Positions 1 through 6,856 of a stretch of 53,949 nt of DNA are shown piece after piece. Position 1 is the stretch's first letter. Every line of letters starts with the position of its first letter. A model generated the notes under the pieces. It worked only from the letters and a program-made list of their open reading frames with translations. It had not been told where the DNA came from and did not search any database. The DNA comes from an uncultured bacterium (GTDB lineage: Bacteria; Gemmatimonadota; Gemmatimonadetes; Palauibacterales; Palauibacteraceae), in contig CBDTXM010000001.1 of the NCBI GenBank assembly GCA_965364445.1, positions 1-53,949 on the forward strand, read 5' to 3'. Position numbers and translations under genes: made by a program.

Positions 1-82
1 GGTTGAGCACCGGTCCGGCGGCCGGTATCTTCCCGCCCCCTGACGCTCCCGGCCCCGGAGCCCGTTCTCCACGTCTGCCGAG

Positions 83-1390
83 ATGGGACTGAGAGGGAGC
101 TTGACGAGCCATCGAACCGGGATGGAATCCGCCTTTCGGATCGAGCAACGGACGCTCGACAACGGTCTCAGGGTCATCGCGCATCCCGACGATTCCGCCC
201 CGCTCGTCGCGACGCACCTCATGTATCACGTGGGGAGCCGCAACGAGCCCCCGGGCCGGCGCGGGTTCGCGCACCTCTTCGAACATCTGCTGTTTCAGGG
301 ATCGGAGAACGTGCCGGAGGGAGAGCATTTCCGGCGCATCCAGGCAGCCGGCGGCACGTTGAACGGCACGACCTGGTTCGACCGCACCAATTACTACGAA
401 ACCCTTCCCTCGGGCGACCTCGACCTGGCCCTGTGGCTCGAGTCGGATCGCATGGGCTTCTTTCTCCCGGCGATCACTCAAGAGAAGCTGGACAACCAGC
501 GGGACGTGGTGAAGAACGAGCGCCGCCAGTCGTACGAGAACCGCCCGTACGGCCTGGCGGTGGAGACGATGCTCGAGCGCGCCTACCCGCCCGGGCACCC
601 CTATCGGCACCCTACGATCGGTTACATGGAGGACCTCGACGCCGCCTCGTTGGGCGATGTGCGCGACTGGTTCGGGACCTGGTACGGTCCGAACAACGCG
701 GTCCTCGTCATCTCGGGCGCAAGTACGCCGGATGACGCGTTCGCGCGTGCCGAGCACTGGTTCGGGGCGATTCCGTCGCGAGCCGTTCCGGCGCAGGCGC
801 CCATCCCGGTCGTTCGAAACGGCGTCGAGGGCGCGGCGATCGTGCCTGATCGGGTGAGCGTGCCACGGGTCTACCTGATGTTTCACGCTCCGGCCTTTCC
901 CGATGCGGGATTCGAGCCCGCCGACGTTCTCTGCTCTCTCCTTTCGGAGGGCAAGAGCTCCCGGCTCTACCGATCGCTCGTGTACGAACGGCAGGTCGCG
1001 GCTGAGGTGAGTGCCTTCGTGTGGCCGACGGAGTGCGTCGGGATGCTGTGGGTCGTGGCCACCGGCCGCCCCGGCGTCGCGGCCGGCGAGCTCGAGGCGG
1101 CGGTGACGGAAGTGCTCGGCACCTTGCGAGCCGACGGCCCCACCGAACGGGAGATCGAAGGCGCGAGGAACCGGGCGCGCCGCCAGTTGCTGCGCCAGCT
1201 CGATTCCGTCACGCGCCGGGCCGACTTCCTCGCCCACGCGGCCGTGCTGCGCGATGATCCGGAGTATCTCAACCAGGTCGGCAGCCGGTATGAGACGATC
1301 ACCGGCGAAGAGGTCGCATCGGCCGCTGCCTCCATTCTCGATCCCTCCGGGCGGACCGCCGTGCACGTCGTTCCCCGGACGGAGGACTGA
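83..1390 (+). CDS. M16 (pitrilysin/insulinase) family zinc peptidase, catalytic-type subunit
   Basis: 435-aa ORF. It has an HLFEH (HxxEH) zinc motif near the N-terminus and a downstream NGTTWFDRTNYYE region typical of M16. An alternative start at ATG 122 (MESAFRIEQRTLDNGLRV) is equally plausible. Confidence 0.85.
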   Translation: MGLRGSLTSHRTGMESAFRIEQRTLDNGLRVIAHPDDSAPLVATHLMYHVGSRNEPPGRRGFAHLFEHLLFQGSENVPEGEHFRRIQAAGGTLNGTTWFDRTNYYETLPSGDLDLALWLESDRMGFFLPAITQEKLDNQRDVVKNERRQSYENRPYGLAVETMLERAYPPGHPYRHPTIGYMEDLDAASLGDVRDWFGTWYGPNNAVLVISGASTPDDAFARAEHWFGAIPSRAVPAQAPIPVVRNGVEGAAIVPDRVSVPRVYLMFHAPAFPDAGFEPADVLCSLLSEGKSSRLYRSLVYERQVAAEVSAFVWPTECVGMLWVVATGRPGVAAGELEAAVTEVLGTLRADGPTEREIEGARNRARRQLLRQLDSVTRRADFLAHAAVLRDDPEYLNQVGSRYETITGEEVASAAASILDPSGRTAVHVVPRTED

Positions 1391-1391
1391 G

Positions 1392-2747
1392 ATGATCCTC
1401 GTCGACCGGAAAACACCGCCCGTCTCGAAACCGACACCTCCACCGGCGATGCCGGAGTTCCGGGAGTTCCTTCTCGCCGGGGATTTCCGGGTGCGGGTCG
1501 CGCGGGTCGAGCGACTCCCTGAGGTGGCGATCCGGCTCGTGCTCGACGCCGGGTCGGCCGCCGAGCCTGCCGCGCGGGCAGGAGTTGCGGCTCTGACCGC
1601 GCGAGTCGTTCAGGCCGGGGCCGGGGGGCGCACCGCGATGCAGCTCGCCGGATGGCTCGACCACATGGGCGCCTCGGTGGGAAGTGGCGTCGGTTACGAT
1701 TCCGCCCGCTTCTCCCTGCACAGCCTGGCGGACACGCTGGACGATGCGCTCGACTACCTGTCCACCGTGCTTCTCTCGCCGGACTTTCCCGAAGACGAGG
1801 TCGCCCGTGTACGCGCCGAACGCATGGATGAGGTGCGGCGAAGTGCCGACGAACCGGTGGAGCTGGCCGGAGAGGCTCTTTCCGAGGCGATATTCGGATC
1901 CCATCCCTACGGCCGCCCGGTCAGGGGGCGACTCGACACCCTCGGTAATCTGCACCGGGCGGAGGTCGAAGCGTTCTGGCGAACGAGCTACCGGCCTGGC
2001 GAGGCGTTCCTCGTAGCTGCGGGCGATGTCGACCCGGAACGCTTCGCCGGACGGCTGGAGAGCCGATTCGGGGAGTGGCCGGTGGACGAGGCGCCTGGCT
2101 CCATCGAGGACTTCCGGGGCTCGGCCGTGGCCGCCGGCGAAGTGACCCTCGTCGACCGACCGGGCAGCGAACAGTCGGAGATCCGCATCGGCGCCGTGGG
2201 CCTGGCACGCGGCGACGAAGACGAGGTCCCCGTTCTGGTGATGAACGCGATTCTCGGAGGACTGTTCAACTCGCGGCTCAATCTGAATCTCCGCGAAGAC
2301 AAGGGCTGGACATACGGCGCGAGCTCCGGCTTTTCGCTGCGCCGTGCGCCGGGACCGTTCGTCGCCAGGGCGGCGGTGGACACCCCCGTCACCGCGCGCG
2401 CCTTCGAGGAGATGCTCGCCGAGATCCAGGGAATCACGGAGCGGCCACCTTCCGAAGAAGAGATGGAGCTCGCGAGGAATGCCCTCGTGCTCTCGCTTCC
2501 TCGACAATTCGAAACGACGAGCCAGGTGGCTGCGAAGGAGGCGGAGCGTGTCGGATACGGGCTCCCGGCGGACTGGTGGGAGATGCTGCCCCGACGCGTC
2601 AGGGCGGTGACAACGGAGGACGTGGTCAGGGTAGCCACGAAGTATCTGGGCCGAAACGAGTTGGCGCTCGTCGTGGTGGGAGATGCAATCCGGATCAGAG
2701 AGGATCTCGCCTCGCTGGGCACGGTGCGGGACCGCGCGGCGCCTTGA
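1392..2747 (+). CDS. M16 peptidase-like protein lacking HxxEH (non-catalytic partner subunit)
   Basis: The track ORF starts at 1254 but overlaps the upstream gene. ATG 1392 lies 1 nt after the upstream TGA (MILVDRKTPP). Length and sequence are M16-like with no HxxEH motif. The paired arrangement is typical of M16 heterodimers. Confidence 0.8.
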   Translation: MILVDRKTPPVSKPTPPPAMPEFREFLLAGDFRVRVARVERLPEVAIRLVLDAGSAAEPAARAGVAALTARVVQAGAGGRTAMQLAGWLDHMGASVGSGVGYDSARFSLHSLADTLDDALDYLSTVLLSPDFPEDEVARVRAERMDEVRRSADEPVELAGEALSEAIFGSHPYGRPVRGRLDTLGNLHRAEVEAFWRTSYRPGEAFLVAAGDVDPERFAGRLESRFGEWPVDEAPGSIEDFRGSAVAAGEVTLVDRPGSEQSEIRIGAVGLARGDEDEVPVLVMNAILGGLFNSRLNLNLREDKGWTYGASSGFSLRRAPGPFVARAAVDTPVTARAFEEMLAEIQGITERPPSEEEMELARNALVLSLPRQFETTSQVAAKEAERVGYGLPADWWEMLPRRVRAVTTEDVVRVATKYLGRNELALVVVGDAIRIREDLASLGTVRDRAAP

Positions 2748-2817
2748 GCTTCGGGGCTTTTTCGGTTACCTTTCCGGCTCGATTTCCGTCATACGATCAG
2801 ACAGCGGACAACGGCCC

Positions 2818-3453
2818 TTGCGAGACGATTCGGGAACGATCGAAAGTCGTTCCGTGTTCCGGGGGCGGGTGCTCGATCTCAACGTCGAGCGAGTCCGCTT
2901 TCCCGACGGCAGCGAAGGAAAGCTCGAGATCGTCCGGCATCGCGGTGCCGCGGCGGCCCTGCCCGTGTTCCGAGCGGGCGAATGGTCGGGTGGGCCGGAG
3001 CCGGCCGTGGTACTGATCCGGCAGCACCGGCACGCGACCGGGGGCCTGATCTGGGAACTGCCGGCCGGAAAGCTGGACGAAGGTGAGACACCGGAGTCCT
3101 GTGCTGCGCGCGAGTTGCAGGAAGAGACGGGAATCCGGGCGACGGAACTGACGCCGTTGACGACGATCTGGACGACGCCCGGGTTCACGGATGAACGAAT
3201 ACACCTCTTCCTGGCCACCGGGCTGCAGGAGGGGAAGGAATCGCTCGAGGCGCACGAGTTCATCGAGCGACACGAGATGGCGCTCCACGAAGCGGTGGAG
3301 CGGGTGGAAGCGGGCGAGATCGACGACGCGAAGACGGTGGTCGCCCTGCTGCTGGCGGATCGCCTGATCGGCGGATCCGGTCGCGGCGGGCGAGGCAACG
3401 TTCCGGGCCGATCGGGTGTCTCACAAGCGGGGACAGGATCGAGCTCCAGTTGA
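2818..3453 (+). CDS. NUDIX hydrolase (ADP-ribose pyrophosphatase-like)
   Basis: Nudix box GKLDEGETPESCAARELQEETG. The track start ATG 2683 overlaps the upstream gene by 65 nt. In-frame TTG 2818 is the first canonical start after the upstream stop, so the start is uncertain. Confidence 0.72.
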   Translation: MRDDSGTIESRSVFRGRVLDLNVERVRFPDGSEGKLEIVRHRGAAAALPVFRAGEWSGGPEPAVVLIRQHRHATGGLIWELPAGKLDEGETPESCAARELQEETGIRATELTPLTTIWTTPGFTDERIHLFLATGLQEGKESLEAHEFIERHEMALHEAVERVEAGEIDDAKTVVALLLADRLIGGSGRGGRGNVPGRSGVSQAGTGSSSS

Positions 3454-3532
3454 TGTCGTGCGCCCCGATGGGGAAGCGTTCGAGTTCGACGCCGCCGTCC
3501 GGTACGACGGGACAGGAGGGCGTCGGTGATTG

Positions 3533-3552
3533 CCGGATCGCCAGCGATCCGG
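3533..3552. promoter_or_regulatory. Perfect inverted repeat CCGGATCGC-CA-GCGATCCGG just upstream of the ECF sigma RBS
   Basis: Read directly: 9-nt arms that are exact reverse complements. The repeat ends 5 nt before the AAGGAG Shine-Dalgarno (3558-3563) and 17 nt before ATG 3569. Confidence 0.3.
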
Positions 3553-3568
3553 TCGATAAGGAGCTGAG

Positions 3569-4210
3569 ATGACGGGAATCCGGCTGGAAAAGGCCACGAC
3601 GCAGCCCGCGGCAGGAAGCGAGGCCGTCGATCTGAAGGCGCTGGACGATGCGGCGCTGGTCGCCGAGTATCTCGGGGGCCGAAGGCGCGCATTCCATGAG
3701 CTCGCGGATCGCTACCACCTGCGGCTGCTGAATTTCATCTATCGGACCATCGGCGATCGGGATCGTGCCGAGGACCTGGTGCAGGAGACCTTCGTGCGGG
3801 TGTACCGACATCTGCACCGGTTCGACCCGACCAAGAAGTTCTCTACCTGGATCTACACGATCGCCAGCAACCTCGCGAAGAATGAGCTCCGGAACCGTTC
3901 GCGGAATCCGATGGTGCTCTTCCAGGCGATCAAGAAGAACTGGGAAGCCGATCACAGGCCTCTCCAGTGGGAGGACAACTCCTATTCGCCGGACGACCTG
4001 TTTCGTAAGCGGCACCTCCGCGAGCAGGTGGAGCAGGCGGTCGCTGAGCTGCCCGAGCATCACCGGGTCGTCTTCGTCCTGCGCGAGATGGAGGGGAAGA
4101 CGTACGAGGAAATCTCAGAGATTACGGGCGTAACACTGGGAACCGTGAAGTCTCGCCTGAACCGGGCCCGGAACAAGTTCGCGCAGATCATCGGGCCGAT
4201 GCTCGACTGA
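3569..4210 (+). CDS. ECF-type RNA polymerase sigma-70 family factor
   Basis: Region 2 motifs (DLVQETFVRVYRHLHRFDP, FSTWIYTIASNLAKNELR) and a region 4 helix-turn-helix (YEEISEITGVTLGTVKSRLNRARNKF). Strong AAGGAG RBS. Confidence 0.9.
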   Translation: MTGIRLEKATTQPAAGSEAVDLKALDDAALVAEYLGGRRRAFHELADRYHLRLLNFIYRTIGDRDRAEDLVQETFVRVYRHLHRFDPTKKFSTWIYTIASNLAKNELRNRSRNPMVLFQAIKKNWEADHRPLQWEDNSYSPDDLFRKRHLREQVEQAVAELPEHHRVVFVLREMEGKTYEEISEITGVTLGTVKSRLNRARNKFAQIIGPMLD

Positions 4211-4240
4211 TCTCGCGCTGCATGCCGGACGGACAATGCC

Positions 4241-4264
4241 GAAGGCGGCCTCCGGGCCGCCTTC
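4241..4264 (+). terminator. Perfect 10-bp GC-rich stem-loop (GAAGGCGGCC-TCCG-GGCCGCCTTC) after the sigma gene; no U-tract
   Basis: Read directly. It starts 31 nt after the sigma stop codon. There is no T-run downstream, so it may be a terminator, attenuator or RNA-stability element. Confidence 0.4.
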
Positions 4265-4411
4265 GTGCATCCGGGATCCGACCCCCCGGAAGCCGGGAAC
4301 CCGCCTTCCTCAGCCCGGTATCACTGCCACGAACGAGAGTGCGTCCGAAGGTCGGGGCGCGAGCCATGGGACTTGAGCACGGAGCGGCTCCGGCCGCAGT
4401 CGAACGGAACA

Positions 4412-4975
4412 ATGCACTGCGATTGTGATCGGTTCATTCAGGAGTATTCCGAGTACCGCGACGGCGTGCTGACGCCGGAACGCGAGGCGGAGTTTCGCGA
4501 ACACGTAGCAGCCTGCCCCTGCTGCGCCCGCTACGACAGGGTGCTGAGAGCGGCCGGCGAGCTGCTCGCTCAGATGCCCTGCGCCGAACCCGACGAAGAC
4601 TTCATGCCCCGCCTGCAGCACCGCCTGTACAACATCGACGAGGGACTCGGCGACATGCCGGCGCACCGATTCGCCGGGGCCGCCGCACTCGTGGGTGTCG
4701 CCGCGGTCGGGATACTGGCCCTGTTCTGGCTTCCGTTCGCCGCCTCGGTCCCGATGGAGATGCAGCTCGATCCGGTGGCTGCCTACGTTCCGCCGCCGGC
4801 GCACGAGGACGTCCCGAGTCTGTTCCGACGGGGGCATTTCGTCGAAGCGTCGGCCGGCCAGGCTCGCATCCTGGAGTCCGGCGCCGTCGTATGGCAGCCG
4901 CGCTCGCACGTGCACCCGACCGTGATCCTGGATTCCGATTTCCGGGTCCAGGCGTCCGCGTCGTTCGGCCACTGA
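4412..4975 (+). CDS. Anti-sigma factor, zf-HC2 type, single-pass membrane
   Basis: N-terminus MHCDCDRFIQEYSEYRDGVLTPEREAEFREHVAACPCCARY carries the H-x3-C-x2-C putative zinc-finger pattern. A hydrophobic segment AAALVGVAAVGILALFWLPFAA follows. It lies downstream of an ECF sigma. The track start GTG 4265 adds 49 non-family-like residues. Confidence 0.72.
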   Translation: MHCDCDRFIQEYSEYRDGVLTPEREAEFREHVAACPCCARYDRVLRAAGELLAQMPCAEPDEDFMPRLQHRLYNIDEGLGDMPAHRFAGAAALVGVAAVGILALFWLPFAASVPMEMQLDPVAAYVPPPAHEDVPSLFRRGHFVEASAGQARILESGAVVWQPRSHVHPTVILDSDFRVQASASFGH

Positions 4976-4994
4976 GCCGGCCGACGCGCCCGGC

Positions 4995-6014
4995 GTGAGT
5001 CTCGCCGCCGAGAAGCGGTTCGAACGGATCGTCGCCGGGGACTCCCTCGACGGCGCTTTCTTTTTTCACGGTGACGCTGGACGTCTGCGCGACGAGGCGG
5101 CGCGTCGTCTCGCCGACGCGGCTGTCGATCCCGCTACCCGTGATTTCAATCTCGACGTCTACCGGGGCGCCGATGTGGCGCCCGAGACGCTGGCCGCATC
5201 GCTCGCGATGGCCCCCGTCATGGCCTCCCGACGCGTCGTCGTGCTGCATGAAGCCGAACGGCTCACCCCGACGGGCTGCAAGGTGGTCGAAGAGACACTG
5301 GACCGGTTCCCTCGAGGCCTGACGCTGATCGTCACCGCCACGATCCCGGATCGGTCGAAGAAGAAATTCTACGTTCGCCTGAAGAAGGACACGACTTCAC
5401 TCGAGTGGTCGGCACCACGCGAGTCGGAGGTGCCGGGCTGGCTGATCGAACGAGCGCAGGAGCGTCACGCGGTCAAGCTCCATTCCGACGCCGCGGAGGC
5501 TCTGGCCTCGGCCGTCGGTACCGATCTCGGCCTTCTCGACGCCGAACTGGCAAAGCTGGCCGCTGCGGCGTCCGGCGACGAGGTGGACCGTGAGCTCGTC
5601 GGGAAGCTCGTGCCCAACGTCCGTGACATCGATCGCTGGGCCTGGCTGAACCTCGTCGGCGACCGGCAGTACATGGAGGCGCGGCGCCAGCTGCCCCTGC
5701 TGCTGGCCATGCCCGGGGAGAATGCCGTCGGGCTGTTGATCGGCCTCGTCGAGCATCACCTGTTCCTGGGAATCGCCGCCGAAGGGGGCGCACGTGCCGT
5801 GACCGAGGTCCTGGGCCGGGTGGGCAAGCCGTACCTGAGGTTCAAGGCGAAAGCCTGGGCCGCACAGGCCCGGAGATGGACGCCGGAAGAGATCGAAGAG
5901 GCCCTGGCCCTCATGCAGGAGGCCGATCGACAGGCGAAGACCGGCCACACGGACCACGCGGTTATCGAGAATCTGCTGCTCCGTCTGGAGACGCAGCGGC
6001 TGGGGGTGACGTGA
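4995..6014 (+). CDS. holA: DNA polymerase III delta subunit
   Basis: 339 aa with a GTG start. The length and N-terminal clamp-loader-like region (FFFHGDAGRLRDEAARRL, VVVLHEAERL) fit the HolA family. Confidence 0.78.
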   Translation: MSLAAEKRFERIVAGDSLDGAFFFHGDAGRLRDEAARRLADAAVDPATRDFNLDVYRGADVAPETLAASLAMAPVMASRRVVVLHEAERLTPTGCKVVEETLDRFPRGLTLIVTATIPDRSKKKFYVRLKKDTTSLEWSAPRESEVPGWLIERAQERHAVKLHSDAAEALASAVGTDLGLLDAELAKLAAAASGDEVDRELVGKLVPNVRDIDRWAWLNLVGDRQYMEARRQLPLLLAMPGENAVGLLIGLVEHHLFLGIAAEGGARAVTEVLGRVGKPYLRFKAKAWAAQARRWTPEEIEEALALMQEADRQAKTGHTDHAVIENLLLRLETQRLGVT

Positions 6015-6856
6015 GGACACGCGCGCGAGTTCGGCAGCGTGCCCGGTTCGTTCCCGGTGTCGCTCTTTCCGCGCTGTTCGGTGCCGTGGCGTGTCTGTTC
6101 GCCGCAAACAACCTCCTCGGCCAGTCCGGGGACCCGCTGGACGCCGCAGAACTCGCAGCCGATGCGGGGGACCTCGACCGGGCGCGGCAGTACCTGTCCG
6201 AGTGGACGCTGTCGTCCACGTCCGGCGCTGCACGTGAGGACCAGGGAAAAGCGCTCGTTCTCCGAGCCCGCCTGACCGAGAACGCAGATTCGGCGGAACT
6301 GGCTTACATGGAGGCAGCGGTCGTCGGCGGTGAGGAGTACGGGGCGCTCGCGCGCCTGCGCCTGGCGCAACTGAGGCTGATGAGCGGACGGCCGCGACTG
6401 GCCGTTGACGACCTCGACCTGTTGCGGGACGATTTTCCGGCGAGCCCGCGGGTTCCCGAATCCTGGCTGTGGACAGGGTTCGCTTTCGAGTCGCTGGGAG
6501 ATCCGGTGTCTGCCTGCGCGGCCTGGGCTGAGGCAGCCGGCGCCGACGCGGCGGACCCGGTGACCGTGCAGGCGAGCGCCGGATTGATGGCCTGCGAAGC
6601 CGGCTCCGCCGGCGATGGGGCCGCACGCCAGTACACGGTCCAGCTCGGAGCATTCGGGACCCGGCAGGCGGCTGACGATGCGCGGGTGCGGGCTTCCGAC
6701 GCGGGATCCGACGCCTGGGTCCAGGAGCCTGACGACACGACGCCCCTGTACCGGGTCCGAGTCGGTCACTTTTCGCGCAAGGAAGATGCAGCGCGTCTGG
6801 CCGTAGACCTGCGTTCCCGTGGACTCGAGGCGATCGTCGTGGCGGATCGCCCATGA
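6011..6856 (+). CDS. SPOR domain-containing protein with N-terminal signal/TM and helical-repeat region
   Basis: GTG 6011 overlaps the holA TGA (GTGA). The N-terminus VRTRARVRQRARFVPGVALSALFGAVACLFAA is signal-like. The C-terminus YTVQLGAFGTRQAADDARV...YRVRVGHFSRKEDAARLAVDLRSRGLEAIVV matches the SPOR pattern. Confidence 0.75.
   Translation: MRTRARVRQRARFVPGVALSALFGAVACLFAANNLLGQSGDPLDAAELAADAGDLDRARQYLSEWTLSSTSGAAREDQGKALVLRARLTENADSAELAYMEAAVVGGEEYGALARLRLAQLRLMSGRPRLAVDDLDLLRDDFPASPRVPESWLWTGFAFESLGDPVSACAAWAEAAGADAADPVTVQASAGLMACEAGSAGDGAARQYTVQLGAFGTRQAADDARVRASDAGSDAWVQEPDDTTPLYRVRVGHFSRKEDAARLAVDLRSRGLEAIVVADRP

Noticed and set aside
1254-1391. N-terminal extensions given by the ORF track for several genes (1254, 2683, 4265, 5876, 9396, 9820, 16056, 18124, 21240, 23061, 25269, 38053, 43514, 44301, 52048)
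   Set aside because: Each extension overlaps the preceding gene and is not family-like. Internal ATG/GTG/TTG codons that abut or overlap the upstream stop give N-termini matching the protein families.
3472-3499. ECF-type autoregulatory promoter (GGAAG ... CGTC) upstream of the sigma gene
   Set aside because: The -35-like GGAAG is imperfect, and the spacing to CGTC is about 19 nt, longer than the usual 16-17. It is not convincing.
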